Shown: piece after piece, positions 1 through 8,489 of the stretch | How positions within the stretch are numbered: position 1 is the stretch's first letter | Layout: the number at the start of each line of letters is the position of its first letter | NCBI GenBank assembly: GCA_963812015.1 | Contig: CAWETI010000002.1 | Coordinates: forward strand, 1,344,001 to 1,408,000 | Direction of reading: 5' to 3' | Length of the DNA stretch: 64,000 nt | Source of the DNA: an uncultured delta proteobacterium | GTDB taxonomy: Bacteria > Desulfobacterota > Desulfobaccia > Desulfobaccales > 0-14-0-80-60-11 | Notes under the pieces: generated by a model | What the model was told of the DNA's origin: nothing | The model's input: only the letters and a program-made list of their open reading frames with translations | The model's database searches: none | Made by a program: the position numbers and the translations under genes

Positions 1-554
1 CCCAGGGCGAAATCAAGACGGTGAAGTTGGCGGATTACAAGGGCAAGTGGGTGATACTCTACTTCTATCCCGGGGATTTCACCTTTGTCTGTCCCACGGA
101 ATTGACGGCGGTTGCCTCTAAATACGAGGAAATTAAGGATCTGGGGGCCGAGGTCCTGGCCATCAGCATCGACAGTCCCTATACCCACAAAGTCTGGCAG
201 GAAACCGAGCTTTCCAAGATGATTCCCGGGGGGCTGCCTTATCCCATGCTCTGGGACAAGGCCGGAAGCATCGGCGAGGCCTACGACGTCTATGACGAGG
301 CCACCGGGGTGGATATCCGGGGCCGTTTCCTCATCGACCCTGACGGCGTTCTCCAGGCTATGGAGGTGCTGGCCCCGGCGGTGGGCCGCAACGTGGCCGA
401 GATGATCCGGCAGATCCGGGCCTGCCAGTACGTCCGGGAGAGACCCAAAGAGGCCACCCCCGCCGGCTGGGAACCGGGGAAAAAATCCCTGAAGCCCGGC
501 GAAGAACTGGTGGGCAAGGTCTGCGACATGTGGGCCCCGGATATGGCCTTCTGA
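1..554 (+). CDS. Peroxiredoxin (AhpC/Prx1 family, PrxU-like), 5'-truncated by the window edge
   Basis: FYPGDFTFVCPTE peroxidatic motif, RGRFLIDPDG, GRN and C-terminal TPAGWEPG. The frame is open back to position 3 (QGEIKTVKL), so the true start lies upstream of the window. Confidence 0.93.
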   Translation, partial: QGEIKTVKLADYKGKWVILYFYPGDFTFVCPTELTAVASKYEEIKDLGAEVLAISIDSPYTHKVWQETELSKMIPGGLPYPMLWDKAGSIGEAYDVYDEATGVDIRGRFLIDPDGVLQAMEVLAPAVGRNVAEMIRQIRACQYVRERPKEATPAGWEPGKKSLKPGEELVGKVCDMWAPDMAF

Positions 555-744
555 GATAAACCAGGCCATCGGCGCCAATTATCCGAGAAACCAGCCTTTT
601 TTTTCCACAAACGGAGGGCAGGTTTTACGGGTTTCCTTTAATTTACCGACAATCTCTTAAAAATTGTCTGCGCGGTGAGGTGACGTTTCGGCAAGAGTCG
701 CCCCGGGTCCATTTCCGGGCCCCGGCTCTTAAAAAGGCCATCGA

Positions 745-1581
745 GTGAAGCAGCTCTACGACCAGCGGGAGGTGGCCCGGCTCACCGGCATCTCCGAAAG
801 CCAAATTCGCTCCTGGGCCCGGCAGGGTCTCATCGCCCACCGGGAAAAGGAACGGGGCCGGCTTTGGTTCGACTTCCAGAGTCTGGTGGCCTTCCGGACG
901 GTGAGGGATTTGCGCCGGCAGGGGGTCTCGCTGCACCAGATCAGAAATTGCGTGGAGAAACTGCGGCAGATCATGCCCGGGATCAAGCAGCCCCTGTCGG
1001 AGGTGCGGATCTCCCTGGTCAAAGGCCGGCTCATCCTGGGCAAAAACCGCCGGCGCTTTACTCCCGAAGGCCAGCTTCTCATCGACTTCACCGGCGGGGA
1101 GAGCGCCCCCGTGCCCCTGGCCACGCAGGCCCACGAAGAATTATTTTCCCAGGCCCTGGACGATGAGGAGGCCGGGCGGTTGTCGGAGGCCCGGGAGAAA
1201 TACGAAAAAATCCTGGCGGCGGTGCCGGATCACGTGGAGGCCCTGGTGAACCTGGGCAACATCCTCTACCTGTCGGGCCATGAAACCGCTGCGGCCTCCC
1301 GTTACCTCCAGGCCCTGGGCATCAATCCGGATAACGTGGAGGCCAACTACAACCTGGCCAACCTTCTGGAAGGCCAGGGGGAAATGGATGCGGCCGTCCT
1401 CTTTTATAAAAAGGCCATCCAGGTGGAGCCTGAGTTTGCCGACGCCCACTTCAACCTGGCCATGGTCCTGGAGGCCGTGGGGAATGTCCGAAGCGCCCGG
1501 GATCACTGGCGGCGCTACCTGGAGATAGACCCGGAGAGCAAGTGGGCGGATTTCATCAAGCGGCGGCTGGAAGAAACCTGA
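745..1581 (+). CDS. MerR-type HTH plus TPR-repeat protein
   Basis: N-terminal EVARLTGISESQIRSWARQGLI (MerR HTH); C-terminal TPRs (ALVNLGNIL, ANYNLANLL, AHFNLAMVL). Confidence 0.85.
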   Translation: MKQLYDQREVARLTGISESQIRSWARQGLIAHREKERGRLWFDFQSLVAFRTVRDLRRQGVSLHQIRNCVEKLRQIMPGIKQPLSEVRISLVKGRLILGKNRRRFTPEGQLLIDFTGGESAPVPLATQAHEELFSQALDDEEAGRLSEAREKYEKILAAVPDHVEALVNLGNILYLSGHETAAASRYLQALGINPDNVEANYNLANLLEGQGEMDAAVLFYKKAIQVEPEFADAHFNLAMVLEAVGNVRSARDHWRRYLEIDPESKWADFIKRRLEET

Positions 1582-1604
1582 GGCCAGGCGACGGGAGTGT
1601 CCAG

Positions 1605-1955
1605 GTGATTAATCTGAAGCGGGCTTACGAAAAACCGGCCCGGGAAGATGGCTTCCGGGTCCTGGTGGAACGGCTCTGGCCCCGGGGCCTGACGAAAGAG
1701 GCGGCGGCCCTGGATTTGTGGCTCAAGGACATCGCCCCCAGCCCGGGGTTGCGCCGGTGGTTCGGGCATGATCCGTCCAGGTGGGAGGAATTCTGCCGGC
1801 GCTACCGGGCCGAACTGACGGACCGACTATCCGCCGTCAAAATCCTCCGGGAGAAACTGCGTGAGGGGCAGGTCACCCTGGTGTACGGATCCCGGGACCA
1901 GGAACACCACGCCGCCGTGGCCTTAAAAAAATTCCTGGAAACCGAGGCATCTTAA
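1605..1955 (+). CDS. DUF488/YeaO family protein
   Basis: LKRAYE..DGFRVLVERLWPRG..WLKDIAPS..LRRWFGHD signature. Start moved to GTG 1605, downstream of GGGAG. Confidence 0.9.
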   Translation: MINLKRAYEKPAREDGFRVLVERLWPRGLTKEAAALDLWLKDIAPSPGLRRWFGHDPSRWEEFCRRYRAELTDRLSAVKILREKLREGQVTLVYGSRDQEHHAAVALKKFLETEAS

Positions 1956-2019
1956 AAGCTGTAAGAGAAGGCGGGTTCACCAAGCAAGGTCATAAGATCC
2001 CCGATCGGGAGGTGTTGTC

Positions 2020-2568
2020 ATGCAACGGTTTGTGGTCTTTTGGTGTGTGATCGCCATGGTTCTTACTTTTACCGCGGTGTGCGGCTCAGGAGGGCAACCC
2101 ATGCAGATAATATCCAGCGCCTTTCAAGATGGCGGCAAAATTCCTCTCCACTACGTGATGCCCGGAGCCGGGGGCCAAAACCTCTCGGTGCCACTGGGCT
2201 GGTCCAACGCCCCGGCGGGCACCCAGTCGTTCGCCCTGGCCATGGTGGACCCCCATCCCATCGCCAATAACTGGGTGCACTGGCTGGTGATCGACCTCCC
2301 CAAAGACGCCACCTCCCTGGCCGAGGGGGCATCCGGTAAGAGCATGCCGAAAGGTGCGAAGGAGTTGAAAAACTCCTTTGGCGACCGGGGTTACGGTGGC
2401 CCGCAGCCTCCCCGGGGCAGCGGCGACCATCCTTACGTCTTCACCCTCTATGCCCTGAGCGCTCCAAACGTCGCGCTCGGCCAGAGCTCCAGCCTGGCCG
2501 CCTTTCAGCAGGCCCTGGAGGGCAAAATCCTGGCCAAAGCCACCCTCACCGGTTATTTCGGCAGATAG
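2020..2568 (+). CDS. YbhB/YbcL family (PEBP, Raf-kinase-inhibitor-like) exported protein
   Basis: N-terminal hydrophobic signal ending AVC; DP..WVHW, GYGGPQPP, GDHPYVFTLYAL motifs; GGAGG RBS. Confidence 0.9.
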   Translation: MQRFVVFWCVIAMVLTFTAVCGSGGQPMQIISSAFQDGGKIPLHYVMPGAGGQNLSVPLGWSNAPAGTQSFALAMVDPHPIANNWVHWLVIDLPKDATSLAEGASGKSMPKGAKELKNSFGDRGYGGPQPPRGSGDHPYVFTLYALSAPNVALGQSSSLAAFQQALEGKILAKATLTGYFGR

Positions 2569-2679
2569 GTTTCCCTTCCCCCACGGAATCATGGGAAGAG
2601 CGGGGCGGCGCCACACCGCCCCCTCCCCCCCGCTTTTCTGATGCCCCTATCCTGATCTGGCCGAGGAAGAGATTTTGCC

Positions 2680-2814
2680 TAGAAGCTATTTCAAAACCGG
2701 TTTATTGTGTTACCCTGAGCGCCTGCGAAGGGTATATGTTATTGGAAAGACTAGATTCTTCGCTTCGCTCAGAATGACAAACTGGCGCAAAAAGAGGTTT
2801 TGAAATAGGTTCTA
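2680..2814. mobile_element. 135-bp MITE-like palindromic element
   Basis: Terminal inverted repeats TAGAAGCTATTTCAAAACC (2680-2698) and GGTTTTGAAATAGGTTCTA (2796-2814), 18/19 match, TA at both ends. Internal inverted pair TGTTACCCTGAGCGCCTGCGAAGGGT / AGATTCTTCGCTTCGCTCAGAATGACA. Confidence 0.7.
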
Positions 2815-2981
2815 TGAAATTGATTATTCGAAAAAGTTTGTGCTATGATGCTCCCCACGATTGGATCTGGCTTCGAGAAGATGCTGGTTGTGGAAATTCG
2901 CCTCGGGACCAGAGGTCTCACATGCCATGTTAAGACGGGAGCAAGTGAGACTGCCGCATAATCTCGAATAAGGAGGCTTTC

Positions 2982-3398
2982 ATGACCCTGAGACGCGCCC
3001 TTACCGGCCTGGCACTCTGTGTGATGGCCCTGACTTTCCTCATGGGCTGTGTGGAACCGGGCCCGCCGCCGCCGCCCCCGCCGATGGTGGAGCCGCCGCC
3101 GCCCCCACCGCCCCCGCCGCTTTACTTCGTGAACGTTTCCAGCCTGGCCCTCCGGGACGGCCCGACCACCGCGGCGCCCCAGATCGGCACCCTGGAGTTT
3201 AACGATGAAGTGGAGATCATGGAATCCACCGGGAGCTGGGCCCGGGTGATGGACCTGCGCCGCAATATCGTCGGCTGGGCCTCCATGCGCTATCTGCAGC
3301 CGGTACCGGCTGACCGGCCGCGGTCCGTGCCCCGGCGTCGGGCGCCGGCTCCCGAGGAGCCAGCTCCCAAGCCCCCCGCCGCCCCCAAGGCCATGTAG
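2982..3398 (+). CDS. Proline-rich lipoprotein with bacterial SH3 domain
   Basis: Lipobox LMGC, two poly-Pro tracts, LALRDGP..WARV..GWAS SH3b pattern; AAGGAGG RBS. Confidence 0.85.
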   Translation: MTLRRALTGLALCVMALTFLMGCVEPGPPPPPPPMVEPPPPPPPPPLYFVNVSSLALRDGPTTAAPQIGTLEFNDEVEIMESTGSWARVMDLRRNIVGWASMRYLQPVPADRPRSVPRRRAPAPEEPAPKPPAAPKAM

Positions 3399-3521
3399 GG
3401 GCTATTCTCCGGAGCACATATGGGGAGAAAAACTCGCCGGGTTTCCTGGGTGCAACGGGGATGAATTCCGGCGCCAGCCAGGGCTTGGAGCTGTGAGAAA
3501 ACCGGCCGATAGGCCAACGGG

Positions 3522-3553
3522 CCGGGGCGTGAGACCATACGCCCCGGTTTTTT
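3522..3553 (+). terminator. Probable intrinsic terminator
   Basis: CCGGGGCGT-gagaccat-ACGCCCCGG stem-loop followed by TTTTTT. Confidence 0.6.
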
Positions 3554-3702
3554 GTCATCCCTGGGGAAGATTCTGCGCGGTGGCCTCAACGCCCATAAGA
3601 AGCCGTTGCCAATCCGGCGGGGTCCGGCTCCGGGGGGGTGGCAGCGACCCTGTCGCCAGGGCCAGGGGAAAAGGGGACAGATCGATCAGGAGGTTATAGA
3701 TT

Positions 3703-4365
3703 TTGGAGAAATTTCACGAACGGACCCGATATAGTTTTCTCCTGGTGTGCCTGTTTTTTGTTATTGCCTTAATGCCGATTATTGAAGATTATTTCGATAT
3801 AAGATTTCTTGTATCTATTGCATTATCATTACTCGCTATTTCGGCAATCTATGCGGTTACTGGGAAAAAGATAATTTTTAGCGTAGGTATAATATTAATA
3901 ATTCCAGTAATTATTGCCTTATGGTTAAGTTTTATTATAAAAAATAATTTTACACAAGCAATTTATCTCGCAGCTCATATAATTTTTTTAGGATTTATTA
4001 CATTATATATTTTTTTATCAACATATAAAGCCAAAGAAGTCAACAGAGGCGTTATCCATGGAGCCATAGTAGTATATTTATTGATCGGTTTCAGTTGGAG
4101 CTTTATATATGCATTAATCGAATGCCTCCATCCAGGCTCGTTTTCCCATATAAGTGACTCCTCATTATTTGGACACCGGCCTTTCGTGTACTTTAGCTTT
4201 GTCACCCTGACCACTTTGGGCCTCGGAGATATCGGCCCCACAACCCCCATAGCCCGATCTCTGGTTATCCTGGAGGCGATTATCGGTCAGCTCTATCTCA
4301 TCATAAATGTTTCCTGGCTGGTCGGCCTTTACGTCGCCCATACCCGCGATGAGAGAAAACCATAA
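3703..4365 (+). CDS. Potassium-channel-family membrane protein (Ion_trans_2 pore domain)
   Basis: Several TM helices; YFSFVTLTTLGLGDIGP pore motif then ILEAIIGQLY; TTG start after AGGAGG; AT-rich. Confidence 0.85.
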   Translation: MEKFHERTRYSFLLVCLFFVIALMPIIEDYFDIRFLVSIALSLLAISAIYAVTGKKIIFSVGIILIIPVIIALWLSFIIKNNFTQAIYLAAHIIFLGFITLYIFLSTYKAKEVNRGVIHGAIVVYLLIGFSWSFIYALIECLHPGSFSHISDSSLFGHRPFVYFSFVTLTTLGLGDIGPTTPIARSLVILEAIIGQLYLIINVSWLVGLYVAHTRDERKP

Positions 4366-4492
4366 AGATTCCTCAAGGTTCTCCTGAGGATCAGGTGAAG
4401 GCTCTTTGCTTCCGCCGCCGTACCCGGTCTCTTATAGTTCAGCCCTGAGGCGCCAAAAATTTACCCTCTGATGAAGGTCATGGGAGGTCCCT

Positions 4493-7249
4493 ATGCTTAA
4501 ACCTATCCCCCTCTGTGTTTGGATCATGATCGCCGCGCTGACGGCCACCCCCGGTTGGGCCGGGAAAAAAAGTGAGGCACCTCCTGCGGCCGCGCCGGCT
4601 CAGGATATCTCGAACCCGGAGCAGGCAGGGGAAGGGGGCGAAGCCGCTGAGTTAATCCGCCAGACCAGGGAATTGATGAAGGCGGGGAAATTCGAGGAAG
4701 CCCTACCCTTAGCTCGGCAGGCTTTAGAGATTCGGGAGAAGAAGCTGGGTCCAGATCATCCCGGCACCGCCGGCAGCCTCATGTTGGTGGGCAGAATTGA
4801 AGACGCCCAGTTTCGTTTTTATAAAGCCCTGCCCCTGTACCAGCGCGCCTTAAAGATCAGGGAAAAGACCCTGGGGCCGGATAACCCGGATACCGCCGCC
4901 AGCATGGCTCTGCTGGCCAGGATCTATGCCATCCTGGGCTTCTTCGACAAGGGCTTGCCCCTGGCCCAGCAAGCCTTGAAGATCAGGGAAAAGGCCCTGG
5001 GCCCCGATAACCCGCAAACCGCTCTGAGCCTGATGATCCTGGGGTTCCTCTATGGACAAATGGGTGACCACGACAAGGCCCTGCTCTTAACCCAGCAATC
5101 CTTAAGGATAAGCGAAAAGGCCTTGGGTCCGAATGACCCGCAGACTGCCACCGCCCTGGACAATTTGGCCCAGCTCTACTCCCGTCAGGGTTTGTATGAT
5201 CAAGCCCTGCCCCTGGCCCAGCGAGCCGCCCGGATTAGAGAACAGACGTTAGGGCTGGAACACCGGCGGACCGCAATGGCTCTCAAATTTTTGGGATTTT
5301 TGTACCTGGCTAAGAAAGATTATGGCCAGGCGGAGGCCTGTTTCCGGCGGGCCGCACATCAACAGGGGGAACAGGGCATGGTGGAACTCTATCTGGCCAC
5401 CGGGCGGTATGAGGCTGCCCTGGACACCTTATCCCGCATTGCTCCCGCGGCCTGGACGAGACCCCAATACCAGGCCCAGTTTTATACCCAAAAAGGGCTG
5501 GCCCTGAAGGGGCTGGGACGCCGGCAGGAGGCGTATACCGCCTTCACGGAGGCCATCGGCACTATTGAAGAGCTTCGGGCCCGGACCCCGGGGGCGCGCA
5601 CCTCCTTCTTCGAAACCGGCATTCTCAGTGGGTATTTTCAGGCCTATCGGGGCATGGTGGAGGTTCTAGCCGAGATGGCCCAGAAGGGCGATGCTCTCCC
5701 TGCTCCCGGGCAAACTTACGGCCCGGACCCCGGGGCGGCGGCCTTCTATTTTGCTGAATCCATCAAGGCCCGATCGTTGCTGGAGGCCATGGCCGCCGGG
5801 GCGAGTCGGGTAAGCGACCCCATAGCTCCGGATTTGGCGGCCAAGGAAAACAGCCTCCGGGAACGCCTGGAGACTCTGGAAGCCCAGAGGGAGGAAAAAT
5901 TACAGGAACGGGGTAAAGGTTGGGACCGGAAAGAACAACCCGTGCAGGAATTCAAGCTCAAAATAGCCGCCTTACAAAAAGAGCAGCAGCAGTTGGTGGA
6001 GGAAATGCGGCGTCGGAATCCCCGCTATGCGGCCCTGCGTTATCCTCAACCCTATAAGGCTCAGGAACTGCCCCTGAAACCGGGCGAGGTGCTGTTGGAG
6101 TATGCCCTGGGAGATAAGGAGAGTTTTATCTTCCGGGTGGAGCCCGGGTGCAAGGTGCAGGTTTTCCGTCTTCCCCTGGGACAAGAGGCGTTGGAGAAGC
6201 GACTGGCCGTGGTGCTGGCCCCCTTCAGGCAGAGTGTGCTGCGCCGGGAGGATTTGACGCGCTTTTCTCTCAGCGAGGCCGCCGGGCTGTATGGCGAACT
6301 CCTGGCGCCGGCCCTGGCCGGGGTGGCCCCGGGGACCCACCTGATCATCGTGCCGGATGGGGCCTTGGGAGCCTTCCCCTTTGAGGCGCTGGTGGTGGAG
6401 GCGAAGGGGGATTGGGGCAAAAGTGTCCTGGTGGGGGACCGCTGGCCCGTGACCTACTCCCAGTCGGCCGCCATCCTGGCCCTGAACCGTCATCTGGCGA
6501 CCTCCCGGGCTTCCCAGGCCCTCTTCGCCCTGGGCGACTGCATCTATGATAAAGGCAGTTCTCGGTATCAGGCCTATAAGGCGCACCAGGGACAGGCGGG
6601 GGAACTGCGCCATGCCGGGCCGGAAAAAGTCCTCACCATGTCGGCCACTGGCGTCAGAGGGGTTCAACTGCAGTTTCCGCCGCTGCCCGAGACCCGGAAG
6701 ACGGTGGAGGATCTGGCTGCCCTGTTCGGGGAGGCGCCCCGGCCCCCCCAAGTCCTCCTGGACGTAGAGGCCACCGAGACCCGGGTGCGTCAGACGCACC
6801 TAGAACAATACCGCTATCTCTTCTTCGGCACCCATGGGTTTCTGGCGGACAATCTGGCCGGGGTGCAGGAACCAACCCTGGTGCTAACCCAGGTGGAGAA
6901 TAAGTCACCCGACAACGGGTTTCTCAGCTTCAGCAAGGTTCTGCAGCTCAAGTTGGACGCCGATCTGGTGACTCTGGCGGCGTGCATGACCGGCGCCGGG
7001 CAGATTATGCAGGGAGAGGGGGTGCTGAATTTCGCCCGGGCCTTCCAGCAGGCCGGGGCCCGCAGTGTCATGGTGACCCTGTGGAACATCCCGGTGGAAG
7101 AATCCCTCACGTTTTACCACACGTTTTATCAGGGCGTGAAAAGCGGCAAGACCAGGCTCCAGGCCCTTCAGGCGGCCCGTAAGTCTGTCCGGGATAAAGA
7201 ACCCCACCCCTATTTTTGGTCAGGCATCATTCTCCACGGCGAGGGGTAG
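4493..7249 (+). CDS. Exported TPR-repeat plus CHAT (caspase-like clan CD) domain protein
   Basis: Signal peptide; 42-aa TPR repeats (ALKIREKALGPDNP); LIIVPDGAL..PFEAL, FGTHG (His), LVTLAAC (Cys), HPYFWSG CHAT motifs. Confidence 0.92.
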   Translation: MLKPIPLCVWIMIAALTATPGWAGKKSEAPPAAAPAQDISNPEQAGEGGEAAELIRQTRELMKAGKFEEALPLARQALEIREKKLGPDHPGTAGSLMLVGRIEDAQFRFYKALPLYQRALKIREKTLGPDNPDTAASMALLARIYAILGFFDKGLPLAQQALKIREKALGPDNPQTALSLMILGFLYGQMGDHDKALLLTQQSLRISEKALGPNDPQTATALDNLAQLYSRQGLYDQALPLAQRAARIREQTLGLEHRRTAMALKFLGFLYLAKKDYGQAEACFRRAAHQQGEQGMVELYLATGRYEAALDTLSRIAPAAWTRPQYQAQFYTQKGLALKGLGRRQEAYTAFTEAIGTIEELRARTPGARTSFFETGILSGYFQAYRGMVEVLAEMAQKGDALPAPGQTYGPDPGAAAFYFAESIKARSLLEAMAAGASRVSDPIAPDLAAKENSLRERLETLEAQREEKLQERGKGWDRKEQPVQEFKLKIAALQKEQQQLVEEMRRRNPRYAALRYPQPYKAQELPLKPGEVLLEYALGDKESFIFRVEPGCKVQVFRLPLGQEALEKRLAVVLAPFRQSVLRREDLTRFSLSEAAGLYGELLAPALAGVAPGTHLIIVPDGALGAFPFEALVVEAKGDWGKSVLVGDRWPVTYSQSAAILALNRHLATSRASQALFALGDCIYDKGSSRYQAYKAHQGQAGELRHAGPEKVLTMSATGVRGVQLQFPPLPETRKTVEDLAALFGEAPRPPQVLLDVEATETRVRQTHLEQYRYLFFGTHGFLADNLAGVQEPTLVLTQVENKSPDNGFLSFSKVLQLKLDADLVTLAACMTGAGQIMQGEGVLNFARAFQQAGARSVMVTLWNIPVEESLTFYHTFYQGVKSGKTRLQALQAARKSVRDKEPHPYFWSGIILHGEG
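4730..5300 (+). repeat. Intragenic 126-bp tandem units encoding 42-aa TPRs
   Basis: GGGA(G/A)AAG..CTGGG.CC.GAT.A.CC-like unit recurs at about 4733, 4859, 4985, 5111 and, degenerate, 5237. Confidence 0.75.
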
Positions 7250-7344
7250 GCGCGGTTCTTCTCAAGCTTGGGGCTTTTCGAGGCTGGGGTGGCGATTTCT
7301 GACGGAAGGGAGCGCCGGTCCCGCCCGGGAGACCGGACCGGCCC

Positions 7345-7647
7345 TCAAAGGGTCCGGCGGTACACAAACACATACGCTTCAGCGTTGATGTCGATAACCA
7401 GGTCACCGCCCCGGGATTCGGCGTAAGTCAGCCAGGCGGGCTTGTCGTCGCGGCAGCACGTCACCCGGGGCGAGAATTCGCCGGTGCCGCGGTTATACCA
7501 GGCCAGGAGCATAGGGTCGTCCCCCACCTCCCGGGCCCGCCGGTCGGCGATAGCCCGGGCCTGGGGAAAATCCAGGGGTTCATCGGCAACGCCGATGTCG
7601 ATGGGATCTTTGAGCATTTCCCTGCTCAAGGGGATGCAATCGGCCAT
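7345..7647 (-). CDS. AF1514-family (DUF5619-like) small protein
   Basis: PMLLAWY..GEFSP..CC..KPAW..YAESRGG..IDIN..YVFVY pattern; GGAGGT RBS. Confidence 0.75.
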   Translation of the reverse strand: MADCIPLSREMLKDPIDIGVADEPLDFPQARAIADRRAREVGDDPMLLAWYNRGTGEFSPRVTCCRDDKPAWLTYAESRGGDLVIDINAEAYVFVYRRTL

Positions 7648-7724
7648 GTCACCTCCCGGGGCGCAGTCAGGCCCGCATTTCGGAAATAATTACTACAATC
7701 TCTCATAGCGTCTCGTCTCAGGAT

Positions 7725-7882
7725 TATCTTACAAAATGTTGAGGGTTTTTTCTCCCTCCCCCTTGATGGGGGAGGGTTGGGGTGGGGGTGAAATTGCTGG
7801 GCATTGCTGCAACTTATCCCCCTCCCCCCAACCCCCTCCCACCAGGGGAGGGGGAGTTATTGAAGACACATTTTGCAAGGTA
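7725..7882. repeat. Palindromic element with G/C-tract double hairpin
   Basis: Outer IR TATCTTACAAAATGT / ACATTTTGCAAGGTA (13/15). Inner CCCTCCCCCttgatGGGGGAGGG hairpin plus an inverted counterpart (CCCCCTCCCaccaGGGGAGGGGG). Confidence 0.7.
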
Positions 7883-8177
7883 CTAGGTACAAGCCATGCC
7901 GTGCCCGTCACCCAAGCCACCGGTATATCGTCCGTACCACTCTTTATTATAAGGGTAAGGATTTACGATAAGAATGTAAAGCGGAGCGGGCCGGGGGGCT
8001 GCCGCCGCCGATCCCCGGGTGAGACGGGTGTTCCCACCTGACTCTTGGTTCGCATCATTTCCGTTGCTATTGGCACCATGAATCATTACTATCAAAAATT
8101 ATGAGGGCCGAGTCAGACGGATGAAACCGGCGGACCGGGCGGTTTTCGGCCCGGAGGTTGAAGTTCGGGAAGGACTC

Positions 8178-8489
8178 ATGTTACCGGATCTGGAAAAAAT
8201 CATGGCCGCGGACCGTCAGGGCAAGGAGATGGTGGCCCAGGCCCAGCAAGAGGCCATGGACCTCAAGAGCCAAGCCGACGCCCGGGTCCGGGAGAGTCAG
8301 GCCCAACTCCAGGAGGATCTGGCCCAGGTGCGTCAGGGGGCCCAGGCGGAAATCTTAGCGGCGGCCGAAGCCCGGGCCGCAGAAATTGCCGGGGCCACAG
8401 ATGGCCAGGTCCAGGTGCTGACCGAAGACCTCAAAACCCGCCAGGCAGACGCGGTGGCCTGGCTGGTCTCCCGGGTGTTAGGGACATGA
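8178..8489 (+). CDS. V/A-type ATPase peripheral stalk subunit G/H
   Basis: Ala/Gln/Glu-rich coiled coil, first gene of the operon, ATG after GAAGGA, ATGA overlap with the next gene. Confidence 0.75.
   Translation: MLPDLEKIMAADRQGKEMVAQAQQEAMDLKSQADARVRESQAQLQEDLAQVRQGAQAEILAAAEARAAEIAGATDGQVQVLTEDLKTRQADAVAWLVSRVLGT

Noticed and set aside
88..95. Selenocysteine recoding in the peroxiredoxin
   Set aside because: The active-site codon is TGT, not TGA.
2830..2980. Riboswitch in the SH3 lipoprotein leader (GTCTCAC..GTGAGAC stem)
   Set aside because: Only one stem is visible and I recognise no aptamer consensus; an Rfam scan would be needed.
3060..3120. CCG-rich tract as a contingency microsatellite
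   Set aside because: In-frame poly-proline linker with mixed codons; triplet changes would not phase-vary the gene.
4493..7249. Type III-E CRISPR (Craspase) or gasdermin defence locus
   Set aside because: No Cas7-11, Csx30/31 or gasdermin-like neighbour, and the protein has a signal peptide.
7736..8041. ORF containing PSPLMGEGWGGG
   Set aside because: Translation of the palindromic repeat at 7725-7882, not a plausible protein.
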